The notes under the pieces are model-generated. The model was given only the letters and a program-made list of their open reading frames with translations. It did not search any database and was not told where the DNA came from. Position numbers and translations under genes: made by a program. Below, piece after piece: positions 1-15,751 of a stretch of DNA of 64,000 bases. This DNA comes from Chrysomallon squamiferum (Eukaryota; Animalia; Mollusca), in the NCBI GenBank assembly GCA_012295275.1, contig CM022674.1, positions 310,001 through 374,000 of the forward strand, read 5' to 3'. Each line of letters starts with the position of its first letter. Position 1 is the first letter of the stretch.

Positions 1-2265
1 CGCCAGTGTCGTCTGCCGTCGACCGACTGTCACGTGACAGCATCAAACAAAGCGGAACGATGCTGCAGACGATGCTGCTCGGTGTCTGCTGGTGGTTTGT
101 CGACATGCAGACAAAACTTCTTTGTAAACAGAAAACATGTAAACCGAGCACAACTTGCACGGCGACAAAGAAGCGACGAGAAGGTGGATGAAGCAATTAA
201 CAACGGTGACAGGAGAACATGCCCGGTGTGGCTGATTTATGTGCACCTCGAAGACTTGGCAAACGTCTTATCACTGGTTAGTGAGAACAACCGCACTGAA
301 AGGTGATCACTTCGAGACGTAAACAGTGAGGAGGGCGTTAGGGCGACCTTTCATGATAACTGTGTTCTTCGTTTTCTCTTTCTTCTTCTTCTTCTTCTTC
401 TGCTTTTTCGTCTTGTTCTTCTTCTTCTTTATCATCATCATCATCAGCAGCAGCATCTACCTTACTTTTCTTTTCTTCACATCATCATCTTTTTTCTTTT
501 TTCTTCTTATTTCTTCTTTTTCTTTTCCCTTTTTCCTCTTCTTCTTCTTTCTTTGTATCATTCGCCTTCTTCTTTCCCTTCATTATTTCTTCTTCTTCTT
601 CTTCTTCTTCTTCTTCCTCTAAACGGAAAGGAATCTTGATTGAAATATATTTAATTTTCTGGCTATTTCACTTGGCTATCTTTAGAAGGATAACCTCCCA
701 AAGTTCCTACAGAAGCCTCGAATCTCTTTCTATTTCATTGTCTCTGTCAACTGAATTCAAGAAAGAAACGTCACCAAGAAGCATTCTTCTCTTCCTTCTA
801 AGAATCGTAACCTTTCAGCCTGACCAGATTTTAACAAACCAACCTAGACGATGTCAACTTTGATATTTTCTTTCAAGATATTTAAAATACTCAGACAAAA
901 CTAAAACCTCAGAAACTTCTACGCTATTCAGAAAGACACACAGTGCTTTGGAGTTAGTATTTCGTCTCTTTAAACAAATATTCGGGCGCTTACTGCTGAC
1001 GAATACTTTGAAATAATATGAAGAATGTTTTGCGAAACAGTCTCCAGCATCGTCTTAGCTTGCAGAAAATGCAGATATGATGGTAAAATATTTGACAGAA
1101 TGAATTGCAAATCAGGAATCCACTGAATGCGATTAAGCGACGCATCTATTTTTGACTTATTTGTGTTGGCAATACACACACTGACGTAAAGCACAGTCAG
1201 ATGTGTCCGGTTGTGTATTTAAGAAGAATTTTTATATATATTTTTTTAAATCGACCGATAAAAAAAAAAAAAAAATAAATAAAAAATAAATAAAAAAATT
1301 AAAAAAATAAATAAATGAATAAGCTGGTTTCCGTGAAGTGGAAAACGGCAGAATTACTAAAACTTTTATGCTGAACAAACAAAAACTGATGACAGAAAAA
1401 AGTATCAATATTCCGTGGTTATATTGATAAATAAACTCTGAGTGTCCATATGTTTGAAGCCTTCTTTCTTTTCTTTCTTTTTCTTTTTTTTTCATCGAAT
1501 TTTCTGGATATGTTCGTGAACTTTAGCATCAAACTAGATTTTGCGAAGTTTTATTATTATTAACTTGATTTTCCAAGAATATTTTTGAAATGTTTTTATG
1601 TGCTACTACTACTACTATTACTACTACTACTAATCATAATAATAGCAGCATTCATGATCATGATCATTATAATCATTACAAAACTGAACATCATCATCAC
1701 TGTCATCGTGAACTTCATCATAATCATCAACACAATCATCCTAACAACATTAACCCCCAAAATAACCCATAAAGCTGCAGCAAGAACAACAACAAAAACA
1801 AAATGTTTTTAAAAAAAAAAAAAAAAAACACAGAAAAAAAAAAAAAAAAACAATAAAGTTAAAGAAAGATAAAAAAGAGAGAAAACGGTGGTCATGGTTA
1901 AAATAAGCTACAAGTTAGGCACGTTTCTTACACGTTAGAAACGTTAGAATGATGATAACCGTTTCAAGCAGACAGGTGATCGCGTTCGATCGAGATCTAC
2001 GCTAACCTAAATTTAGACACGTTTTTTTTTTTCTCTCCCAAATGTGAAAAGAAGATGTAAACGGCGTCATTAGGCAAGTGGAACACTTAATGCACGTGCA
2101 GGCTAACAGGTGTACTTTTCGTGATGTGAAATTGATGCTTATTTAGGTTCTAACGGTAACCGAACCGAAACAAGCTAACGGGAAAGGAAAGGACATATTT
2201 TTTTTTTCTTCTTTTCTTGAGCGTTAAAAATGTTGTTATGTTTAAATGTGTGCGTTTGTAATGTG

Positions 2266-2300
<35 letters not shown>

Positions 2301-3398
2301 TCTTCCTTCTTTGTTATATATGTTTTATTTGTTTTAAAATTTATATTTACTTTTTTTCGTATTTATTCATTAATTGATTGGTTTGTTTATATATTTTATA
2401 TTTTATTTATTTTATATTTGTTTACTTATTTAGATGCACTCACTGATTTTAAGCTGTTTATCACAGGCATGCATACGTTAGATAAATTTAGGATAAATGC
2501 TGTGCTAAATATAATTATTTTATATACGTCATCAATTTTACCCGATCGTTTACGAAATAAATAAAGAAAGAAAGAAAAAAAGAAACATGAAAACAATAGT
2601 ATGATATGATCTTTAATAATTTTGTCGGAAGGGGCAATAGGCAAAACTTCATTCATCCATCCATTATCATTCATCTATTCATACATTTATCCATCGATCC
2701 ATCCGTTTATTCAATCACTTACTAACACATTAACATCGAAATCCATAAACTTCGTCTTTCCCTTACTTTTCACATTTATTGACATGACACACATAAAACT
2801 CACCACTACGACAACATCATAAAGTGGAATTCATAATACCACCACGTCCCCACATTATCTCATGCAAGACAAACCCTCGTTTTAGGCAAATTCTCCACCC
2901 AGTAAATCCCCCAGAACCCGTCTGTGTTGTTTAACTTGCATAAGCCAGACCAGACTCTCAATATTTGCTCTCAGTCAACTCAAATATACATCCAGTTCTC
3001 AGAGATAGATTACATATGGTAATTCCGGCGTACTTAAGTTTTTAAAGCATTTCCATAATAAATCTAAAAGCAAATTTCCATCACCTTTGATTTAAAAATG
3101 GCATCATAGCTGGATTTTAGGCGCAGTCTAAATAAACTTTGGGTTAAATTTCGATCACGTTATTTTTTTAAAAAGAAAAAAAGAAGAAGAAGAAAGCATT
3201 TGTTCACAAACTGAAATTTAATACATTTTCTCAAGCGTTCTAAAGACAGTTTTAATGTTGTGTTTTTTCCTTTTTTGGAAACGAATGCTTAGTGATGAAA
3301 TCTTCACCTCTGCTCACACACACACAAACAAACACAAACTAACACACAAACACACACATATACAAACACATTCACACACACACAAACACACACATATA

Positions 3399-3441
<43 letters not shown>

Positions 3442-4129
3442 AACAATTAAGCAAATCAAACTTACGTTTAATCATGTTGTTACTGATAAACAAATGGACA
3501 CTGCTATAAGGCAAAAAGACAAAAACCAAGAATAGTTTTGGATGATGAATATTTTACTGATGTCCGTATTTTGTTTCTTTCTTTCTTCCTTCGTGCTTTC
3601 CCTCCAGCTTTTGTTCAGTATAATTCATACAACCCAAATAGGGCCTCTTCAACATTTCATAGGTTAAGTGACAATCCAGTTCTTCTATTAGTTATTTTCT
3701 GCAAACAGGGCCTCCTTCAATTTATCATACAAAAAAAAAAAAAAAAAAAGAGATAAAAACACTCACTTTAATTATTCTATATGAATATATTCTCTAAATT
3801 TGTTGTACCAGAAGACCAAATTTACTTCTCCAATTTTATTATCTATTAATATTACGAAATAAGGGTTGATTAGGCGTCTGCCTCGCCACAGTAATGTTTA
3901 AAATTAGACTTTGATAGACTGTGGCGTGCACGTCGCGCTGATCAACTCGAATTATCTGACAGGACGAGTCTGTCTGTGCAAAGCGACGTTGACGACTCGG
4001 TGAGCGAGGTCGTAAAATTTCAAGATTTTAATCATAGCCCTTTCATAATGATAAAGTAACAATGGCGTCTTTGTGTGGAGGTAGTTAATGTGTTCCGGAG
4101 AAGGTGGTAATAAATAAATAAATAAATAA

Positions 4130-4236
<107 letters not shown>

Positions 4237-4717
4237 TGTCATTCTCTATCTTTCTCACCTATACACACAAACACACATTCACACAAATTCATGTTCTTAT
4301 TATTTAGTAGGTGAGGGACAAATAGCTGACAGACACGTGTGTAAAATTCTGGTTTAAATGTATAAAACACGCTGTTCTGCATTGTTTGTATACATAACAG
4401 ACTAATCCGTATTGTATATGAAAGACTGTGTCGTGTAAAACATGTTACGCTTGCTAAATCAGTGTCAGATAGTTTCGTGTACCAGTGAATAAAAATGACA
4501 ATTGCTCTCTCTCCGACACAGTAAAGGGCGAGACTCAATAGGTTATTTTAAAATAACATTTCTTTGTGGCATTTTTATGATGTATTTCAAAAAATGTTTT
4601 ATTTTTGTTTGTACGTGCTCATGACGCTTGCTGTCTGGATTTTTGTGTGGGTTAAATGGATTAGACGTAAAAGAAAGTAAGGACAAAACAAAAAATAATA
4701 ACAGAAGATCGTTAATC

Positions 4718-4754
<37 letters not shown>

Positions 4755-4867
4755 ATTGTTTGAGAATGTCTGGAATGGGAAATATGAGGAATATTTGACA
4801 GTTAAAAATTTAAAGAGGAAAACATTGTTAGACTGTGAACAAGAGAAAAAATGAGAGAGTCAGAGAG

Positions 4868-4978
<111 letters not shown>

Positions 4979-5170
4979 ACAACAAGAAAACAAAAAAAAA
5001 TGAAACACAGTGTTTGGATGTCATGATTTGACTGCAATTATCCAGTAATATATATATATATTTGTTCATATTGTTAGAAATCACATTACATAAAAAGAAT
5101 ATATATTAAAATAAGAAAACAAAACACATACATATCTATCTATATATCTATCTATCTATCTATATATCTA

Positions 5171-5283
<113 letters not shown>

Positions 5284-5723
5284 ATATATATATAATTTAT
5301 ATGCGTCTAAATAAATGTAAGAAAATCAACCCATTAAACTTTACTTATGACCCGCACCTCGTTCTTTCATACTTGAAATAAATACCAAACACTGGCTGAC
5401 CTAGTTTACATGTATATAACATAGATATAAAAAGAAAAGGAAAAAAAAAAAAAACAGTCGTTTATATAAATGGGAATACTCAACAGAAATATTTGACCCG
5501 GCACAAACCCTCAGGCAATCTGAGAAAAAAGATCAGCAATTACTTACAAACTTACGTACACGACATAAAAACGAGACTGCTGACGAAGGGTATATTAATT
5601 TCAATGCATTGCTTGCTGTCTGAATGTTGGCGTAATGAAAAAAACAAGTGTATGATAGATATAGAGATTCTGCTTGCAGTTATTTCAGGAAAAGAAAAGA
5701 AATAGGTGATGAATATATATATT

Positions 5724-5857
<134 letters not shown>

Positions 5858-6314
5858 ACGATTCAGAAGGGGACAACAAATAGGTGAACTGAGAAAAAGG
5901 AAGACAGAATAAAAGAAAGAATCAACAATCAAAACGAAAGAAAGATTAAATAAATCAAGAAAAGGAAACAAACAAACAAATAAAGCAGAAACAAAACCTG
6001 CAACAACAACACAAACTAGAAGAAAACAACGAAAAAATAATTGTTTCTGTTCAGATAAACCAGGTGTCCGTATAAATCAGTTTAGATGGCTTACATGAAT
6101 GACAGAGAAATATTTTGTCCTGCTTGGCTGCTTTTCAACTGTGTTGTTATTATTAGGACAGAGTGTTGAAAATTTGGCTATTTATATCGTTTTCAGGTGT
6201 TAATTTGTCTTTCTGTTTTTTAATTTTGTTTTCATACACACGCATGCACACATACATATAAACAAACACACATATGCACTTGTCTTTCTGTTGTTGTTTT
6301 TCTTTGTCTAATAT

Positions 6315-6369
<55 letters not shown>

Positions 6370-6579
6370 TATCTCAGGTTCGCTCAGTCTACATATTTCA
6401 CTCTTCCCGCTCTCTGTCTGTGTGTGTGTCTGTCTGTCTCTCTATCTCTCTGTCTCAACCCCAACCCCACACACTATTACTAAAGCACTAATCATCATAT
6501 CCGTAACAGCCACCATCCATACCCCTCCCCCCACAGACATCCAGCAAGCCCAGCCAGTCTGCGTGTTACATCTACAAAC

Positions 6580-6665
6580 AACAAACACTAGTGTGTGTGT
6601 TGTTATGAATAACCAACAACGAAACAAACACTAGTGTGTGTGTTGTGAATAACCAACAATGAAAC
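6580..6665. repeat. About 43-bp tandem duplication
   Basis: ACAAACACTAGTGTGTGTGTTG..TGAATAACCAACAA(C/T)GAA occurs twice. Confidence 0.9.
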
Positions 6666-6808
6666 AGACAGGAAGGAAACAAGGAAACATCATTTCCTGT
6701 ACAAAACATTCATTTGTTACGACATCTGCTTATATGTTTACGACGTATGGCAACAAAAGCAAAAACTTTTAAAATATGGCGCTGCCCCCCTCTTTATCAT
6801 GGGCAGCC

Positions 6809-6809
<1 letters not shown>

Positions 6810-6847
<38 letters not shown>

Positions 6848-7065
6848 TATATAAACACACACACACACACATACATACATACACACATATACATATACAT
6901 ATATACACACATATATATACATACACACACATATATATATATACACACACACACATACATACATACACACATATACATATACATATATACACACATATAT
7001 ATACATACACACACATATATATATATACACACACACACACATACATACATACACACATATACATA

Positions 7066-7109
<44 letters not shown>

Positions 7110-7126
7110 CACACATATACATATAC

Positions 7127-7156
<30 letters not shown>
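6810..7156. repeat. Compound (AT)/(AC) microsatellite with about 85-bp higher-order periodicity
   Basis: The block ATACATACATACACACATATACATATACATATATACACAC recurs at about 6871, 6955 and 7041. Confidence 0.85.
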
Positions 7157-7157
<1 letters not shown>

Positions 7158-7514
7158 GATACACGCATATATGTTTGTTATCTATAAAGAATATTTGTTT
7201 TTTTTATCATAACATCTCTAGATGTACGCATGTGTTGTTATGGATGAATGAACGGGTGGAAGGGTGGCTGGTTTAATGGATGGATGGATGAACGGATGGA
7301 TAGATGACTTAAAAGAAGAACAGGAGCAACGACAACATTAACAACACAATAACAATTACAATTATAACAACAGCAGCAACAACAACATTTTAAAAAGATG
7401 TTAAAGAACAACAACAACCACTATAACAAATAATAATAATAATAATAACAACAAAAATAAAACAAACGACAACAACAACAAACAGAACAATACATGCTCT
7501 TAAAGAAGAGCGTA

Positions 7515-7747
7515 ATAAATAAATAAATAAATAAATAAATAAATAGATAAATAGATAAAATAAATAAATAAATAAATAGATAAATAAATAAATACATAGA
7601 TAAATATATAAAATAAATAAACAAATAAATAAATAAATAAATAGATAAATAATTAACTAAATAAATAGATAAATAAATAAATAAATAGATAAATAAATAA
7701 ATAAATAAATAAATAAAATAAATAAATAAATAAATAAATAGATAAAA

Positions 7748-7782
<35 letters not shown>

Positions 7783-7965
7783 AATAAAATAAATAAATAA
7801 ATAAATAAATAAAAAAAAAAATAAATAAATAAATACATAAATAAATAGATAAAATAAATAAAATAAATAAATAAATAAAATAAATAAAATAAATAAATAA
7901 AATAAATAAATAAATAAATAAAATAAATAAATAAATAAATAAATAGATATAATAAATAAATAAAT
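7515..7965. repeat. Imperfect (AAAT)n tetranucleotide tract
   Basis: Directly visible. Confidence 0.95.
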
Positions 7966-8245
7966 AAGCGAAATAAGAAGCAAAAACGAGTGTGTTAGAA
8001 TTAAGTTCTTTGGGTTGAAAATAGAGCTGAAGCGAGTACAGTAATTTGTTTTGAAAGTTTAACGCCTTCTTTATTTCCCCCTTTTCTTATTTTTTATTTT
8101 TTTTTAAAAGTTATTTACTGTTCGGAAAACTCATTACTGGAAAGCATTCATGTTTACTTCTCAAGTTATATGCAGTAAAATTTAAATACAATTATGAAAA
8201 AAAAAAAAAAAAAGGAAGAAGACGTAAATAATAATAATAATAATG

Positions 8246-8333
<88 letters not shown>

Positions 8334-10519
8334 GTAAAGTATAAAATTACCTTTTTTTGTGTATTTATTTGGCGTTTCTGAGCGCGCCTGCATTTATGAT
8401 ATTATATACATTTATTTCGAGATGATGATGATGATGATGATGATTATGATTATTATTATGATGATTATTATTATTAAATGAAGTTGATACGATGAAACAG
8501 TTTTAGCCTGAAGGTGTTAAAAAAAAATGAAAGAAATAAAATTAAATAACACGTAATCACTGAGGCGTGACGCGTTCATAAAGAAGAAATCATTGAAGTG
8601 TACTCTGTGTACTCGAAACGTACAGTGAACGAGCGAACTCTTTGAAATCCAACATCAAAGAAATATGCTCATTTCACTTAACGGGTGAAATGTTATTTAC
8701 TTGTAGTATTGATCTATCGGAACAACTGGATACACTGTAAATCGATACTGGGTGTGTTTTACTGCAGGGGAGGGGCTTGTGGTCCATAAGAGGGGGCATT
8801 TTTATTTCATCACATTTAAGGGATTAAAATCATTCTGGGATTTATTGTCAAAAGTGGGAGTATTGTTTACCTACTTTGTACATTAAAACTGATGCTGTAT
8901 CCATTGCAGGTCGGGAGGTTAGTTAACCTTTTAACCTCCCATTTGATGTTTTTGTTGAAGTTGGCTTCACTGCACATGCGCAATGACATCTTTTCGGTTT
9001 CATTATTTCGAGAGTATGAAAAGCGAAAACCTGAATACTGATAAATATACAGTTAACAACGACTACCACACCACCACTAATCACAATAATAATAGTACAC
9101 TGTATCGTCATCCTTGTCGTTGTCTCCGTTATCACAATGATTATGATCATCACAGTAATCATCATCATTCCAAACAATAATATCACAAATAATACCATTT
9201 ATTTTAATTTTTATCAAATATTGTTTTAAGAGTTCAAGTTAATGATAATAACTTAAGTGTATCATTATCATTATCATCATTGTAATTATCTCTATATCCA
9301 TCATTGTCATCGCTAACATCATCATCATTATTATTATCAACGTTGCTGTCATTATTATAGTGGTTAACATCATCATTATTAGATAATGATCCATCATTTA
9401 TTATATACGTCATCATCAAATAATTATCAGCATTATTATAATCATCATTATCATCATTATGAAAATTGTTATTTTTATCATCATCTTATTATTATCGTCC
9501 AAACTGACAACCGTGACTATGTGCTATCATGATGATCATCATTATCATCATCATCATCATCATCATTATAATCATCATAATCATTAAAATCACAATAATT
9601 TTAAATAATTAATATATCATTCGAATCGTTACAAGAAATCGTTCATTATGAATTGACTTTAATCTAACGACAGTGTACAAAGACAGTATTTTATCAACCA
9701 TTACCTTAATTACTAATCAAACATTACCTTCCGTCGATTGATTAATTGTATTTACCTGTGTGATTGATCGAAAGATTACAAGAAGAACGGCAATCAAGTA
9801 ATCATTAAACCAAATTTTAACACTGATACAAAACACATTTCTCGATTTTTTTTTTTTATATCTTTAAGATATTGGTGCTGGTAATACATGAAAAATTATA
9901 CAAAAACTTACAACTGCATAAAGAATTCATACACACACCCCCACATAGATAAATAGATCGATCGATCGATCGATTAATAGCTAGATAGATAGACGGATAG
10001 ACAGACAGATCAATTGATATTAATATTCAGAAGTTTTAAAATATTTTTTTTCACGCACTAATACATGAACAAAACATTCAGATCTAGTTCAGTCAATGGA
10101 AGCACAAACGCACGCACACAGACGCACAGAACACACAAACACAAACACACAGTCTTTATCCTTCCTTATAACATCATACAAATCCATCCGTTGTATGACT
10201 ATTTTAGTTACGTCATGTATTTCTTTACCAAACTCACACAAACAGCAAATTCAGCGAATGTTTGCTTGGAATGTGTAAACAGTTTACTTGTTAATCCTTC
10301 AACGTAGCAGGGTCGTGCCTATAACACATTTTTCACAATTAACAATAATTACATAATTGCAAAAACATTCAAATTGAGATTAACGTATTCCAAATGTCAC
10401 GACTTAGCACTAAGGGAGATAATCTGTCCACAGCATGGCGCTGCTGTCACTTTATCTGATAAATATTTAATGTATTGTTTAGCACGACGCTTTGACACAT
10501 AGAATGTATTTGTCAGTGT

Positions 10520-10558
<39 letters not shown>

Positions 10559-10574
10559 TATAATAATAATAATA

Positions 10575-10633
<59 letters not shown>

Positions 10634-12522
10634 AATAATAATAATATATATATATATAACGATGGCATATCATGCATTCACATGCAAACGTGCATGTATA
10701 AAAGAGACACATCACTCACACAGATATGTCTCTGTTTTGTCTTTATCCCATATCTACCCATCCATCCATCCATCCATACATCCATCCATTCATACATCCA
10801 TCCATCCATTCATCCATCCATCCATCCATCCATACACAGCCATACATCAAATCGACATCATATTCATAAGAATTTAAAACCAGCGCATACATATACACCC
10901 TTAAAAATGTACGAAAACTCACATATAACATTGAAACACAAAAAAATAATGATGCTGGTTTGCATTCTCTCAAATAGCTTTGCACTTTGGAGTTACGGTA
11001 ACGTTTTTTTTTTTTTTTAGCAATTTCCAGCTTTAAAAAAAAAAAAAAAAAAAAAAAAAATTAAAATCAAATAAAAAAAAATCATTATATCAGCTTCAAA
11101 GATAATACGTTAAACATCTGTTTGTTCACCAAAGCTGAAATGATATACAACAGTTTCCAAATTCTGCGTGAAAAAGTTATATAAACTTTAAACTTGTACT
11201 GTTACACTGCAATATCTTTGTCTTATACCACTGTATGAAAATCATCTTGATCGTGATGGTAATGACGATAATGATGATGGGAATGATGATGATGATGATG
11301 ATGATGATTATTATTATTATTATTATTATTATTATTGTTGATGTTGTTCCTGTTGTTGTGGTCGTTGTTATTTTTTGTTACTGTTGTTAATACTGTTACT
11401 ACTAGCACTACTACCACCGCCACTTCTGCTACTACCACTACTGCCACTACTATTGCTATACTGCCACTGTTGTTGTTGTTGTTGTTGTTATTATTATTAT
11501 ATTATTATAATAATTATTATTATTATTTCCTTCTCTTTTCATTCTGAGTCATGAAGTTCGTTGCTACTAAAATACAGATATAAACTAATAAAAACGTTCT
11601 CAGTACAAAAAATTATCATACGCGTAAAGGCCTTTTAAAAAGGTTTAATTGCTTTTCATGAATCCAGCATGCATACGAGATATTCTCACATTCTCAGTTT
11701 ACTTTTTTACAATCGTAAACCATCCATCTTAACAAATTCTTTTTCTGTGTAAAAAATACTATCCGGTTTTTAGCACCGCCGTCACTCATTCGTTACGTTA
11801 TGCACAGTTTGCCTCGTTCTGCTTTCTGCCAATAAACTGCTCGCGATTAACGATTTTACACGAGGTTTGTTCGTTATTGTTCGGAGGTATCCGTGAGGGT
11901 CCATTTTATGATATATTCAGATGGGAGATCATAATGGTGTCTGCTTTGTCAGAAGTCGTAAATATTAAACTTATTTTCCTTGGTCTTGAACAAAACAAAA
12001 AAATAATAATAAAAAAAAAAAAAAAAATAATTGTGATCCTTTTAGGAAGCGAAAGTTATATGATGATTTTAAAACAGAAACATTTCTACAAGTGTCGCGA
12101 GAACAGGTCAGCCTAGAATAATAACTGATTATGGCTGTTTGGTGACAGGACAGATTATAACTAACAAACAAAACAGAATAAAATTTAATTAAAAAAAAAA
12201 AAAAGAAAGAAAGAAGAAAAAAATAAGAGAACTGCAATAACATCAACAACAGCAGCAGCAGTAACAACAACAAGAAAAACATAAAATTATAATTATGATG
12301 ATAATAATAATGATGACGCCGACGATGATAATAATGATGATGACGCCGACGATGATAACATTGATAGTGGTGATGTTGATGACAATGATGATGATGATAG
12401 TGATAAAGGTAATGACTATAAGCAGTAAACCAAAATGATTCTATTTGAAAGTGTGAATTCGCTAAAGAAATTTCACTAAATCGCTTTAACTTTGAAATGT
12501 GTAAATGTGATTATATGGATAA

Positions 12523-12562
<40 letters not shown>

Positions 12563-13297
12563 ATTAAAAGAACATTAATAAATAACTCTTCATCTTATGA
12601 TTATGCTCTGTGAACCACTAGCAAAGAACTTTGTAGAGGAACCGTGACGTCATTTGTTTGTTGACGTCATTAACTTCGTTGTAACGTTTTCGTTAATTTC
12701 CATAATCTCTGAATGAATAATGAATGAATGAATAAATGAATCAATAAATACATTAATTATTTAAGAGCAGTAAAATAATAAACAAACAAACAAATAAATA
12801 AATAAATAATAAATAAATAAATTAATTAATTAAGAATAATAAAAATAAAAACAAAATATGGAAATAAAAATAAATAATGCAAAAATAAATAAAGAAATAA
12901 AGAAACAAAGAAAAAAATAAATAACTAACAACATACTAAAGTACGACAGAAAACGAACAAAGCAAAAAACAAACATGGCGTCTAGCTCCAGTTCAAAAAC
13001 TAACGGTTCAGTTATCTCTACCGCAGATGCTCATTTTTTACTTTGAAACATCAGTTGTTGGAAAGAGTTTACTTTTTATTTAGTTTAGTAAATATTTGTA
13101 CTTGTTTCCAGAACAGTAACTGCGAGCTGGTACACATTGTGTCTCGTATTTTAGAAAGACAATATTTTTATATGGCATTGTGAAAAGGATTTGTGCATCT
13201 TAGTATATGTTTTGTGACTTGATGTTTACATCTTTGTACTAAGATGTATAGATAGATTTGTAGATAGACAGCCGTAGAAAGACAGAAAGACGATATG

Positions 13298-13331
<34 letters not shown>

Positions 13332-13516
13332 TAAACATACACAGATATATTGATAGATAGAAAAAGAGATAGAGAGATAGATAGAAAAATAAAAAAGAAT
13401 ATGATAGTTATAGTGATAAAACAATAAACAGAAAACAACAATACTATTACAACAACAACGACAACTACGACTACTACTACTAATAATAATGATGATGAAA
13501 TTTTAAAAAATATATG

Positions 13517-13562
<46 letters not shown>

Positions 13563-13574
13563 CAATAATAATAG

Positions 13575-13626
<52 letters not shown>

Positions 13627-14103
13627 AGAAAAGATAGAAAACCAAAGACGCTAATTAATGTTTTGTAAACTGGAGTTTTGGGTTAAGTAAACAAACTGTG
13701 TGTTTTTTTTTTTTTTCTCTTTACAAGTGTTTCGCTTTAATTGTTGTTGTTGTTAGTTATTTTTGCATGTTTCTTGAGTCTTTCTGCGCGTTAACGTGTT
13801 TGCAATTACGTCTGCCTTAGTTAGACTATGTGATTCTTTGTATCTACAGTGTGTCTGTGGGTATGTGTGTTTGTGTGTGTTTGTAGTTACCATCGTTCAA
13901 CATCTAGTGAAGAAAGACGTTTCCTGGATATATCGTTACAATCAGGTTTTATTACTGACTTCCTAACGTTATGCTTAATTGACCGCGTTCTGCTCACGGC
14001 AAATTTACAATATACACAACTAGAGATTTACACGATGTGTTTTTGTTTTTATTAGCTTCAATAATTAAGTGGTGTATATGCTTATCTCTGTTTATAAGTA
14101 TGC

Positions 14104-14201
<98 letters not shown>

Positions 14202-14226
14202 GTGTGTTTGTGTGTCTGTTTCTCTC

Positions 14227-14287
<61 letters not shown>

Positions 14288-14349
14288 GTCTGTGTGTCTG
14301 TTTCTCTCTCTCTCTACAGTTATGTTTTTCTACGATTTACTAAATCTTC

Positions 14350-14447
14350 TTCTAAACGTATGTGCAGCATACTTCTACACACTGGAAGCGACTAAATATT
14401 TTTTTCTAAACGTACGCCGCATACTCTACACACGAAGCGACGAAATA
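14350..14447. repeat. Diverged tandem duplication of about 55 bp
   Basis: TTCTAAACGTA...GCATACT(T)CTACACAC..GAAGCGAC.AAATA occurs twice. Confidence 0.8.
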
Positions 14448-15007
14448 CACCGTCGCGCTGACGATGTTACTCCGCCGTGCTAAATAATCCCTGTCAACAC
14501 CTGCGTAAAGTTACTGGACACTTCACCGTGCTGAAGGTGTGCAGCTCGTATTTACCGAGTCCTCGATTTTCCAGACTCCACACGACATTCATGACGTGCA
14601 ATAAATCAAGTCATAATTTATCGAAACTTTTTATGACGTCTGCCATAGACATGTTCGTTTCCTTATTCCACACGCATGCGCTATTTGCGGGGAGATTATG
14701 TAGATTTTTGTTTTCGGTATAAATTAAAATCGCTGTTTGACAGTTTAATCCTGTAAACTGATTTGATTCTAATCTCTGATTAAGGTTATATAGCCAAAAA
14801 AAATATGATATGATGTAGAATCAACACTTGTCAGCGAAACCTTTATTTTTCTAAGCAAAACTGAACGAGTCGGAATATATTAGAGAAAGAGGGAGAGAGA
14901 AAATGTGAGACAGAAAGAGATTGTAAATTTGCAACTGTGCGTGTTTATGTGGCATATTTGCTAACATGAGCAACTTGTTTGGATATTTACTATTATTATT
15001 TTTATTT

Positions 15008-15159
<152 letters not shown>

Positions 15160-15720
15160 ATTTGTGTGTTCTAGTTCTATTTTATTTCTATCTTTTTTTG
15201 CTGATTTGTTTAATCTACTTTTTCGCTTTATCTACAATAACTATTGTTCTGGGTTTGTTTTGTGAGTGTCTTTGTTTTTGTACTTTTTTTCTTTCTTTTT
15301 TTTAAGGATATCTGACACGAGAAATTTCTTATTCTGTCACTTTCATGCTTTTTTATTTACAGAACATGAAATATAAATCTTTCATTCTTTTCTCTTTCCT
15401 GGCGTGAGTAATGGAAAGGAAGATTTTATCATCTAGGTCTAAAATACACAACACTCTCTTTTATCAGAAAGCAATAAATTGTATCCGTAGGTCTAAAAGC
15501 CACAACCCTCTTTGTGCGTGTTGAACGAAATGTTTGTTATCAGATACAGGAAGTGGGTCGCTAGGGCTTGGTCTTGAGATTTCATTTCTTTTCTTTCTTT
15601 CCTTCCTTCTTTCTTTCTTTCTTTCTTTCCGTTGTTTCCTTTTTTCTTTGATTCTATCCTTTATTCTTTTGAGTTTTTTATTATTATTATTGTTATTATT
15701 ATTACTGTTATTATTACTTT

Positions 15721-15751
<31 letters not shown>

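Noticed and set aside
1-306. Cys-containing ORFs at the window start (RCCRRCC) as a possible EMI-domain exon of MEGF6
   Set aside because: No CCxGW motif or EMI cysteine spacing, and no suitable donor site; treated as a non-coding GC-rich island.
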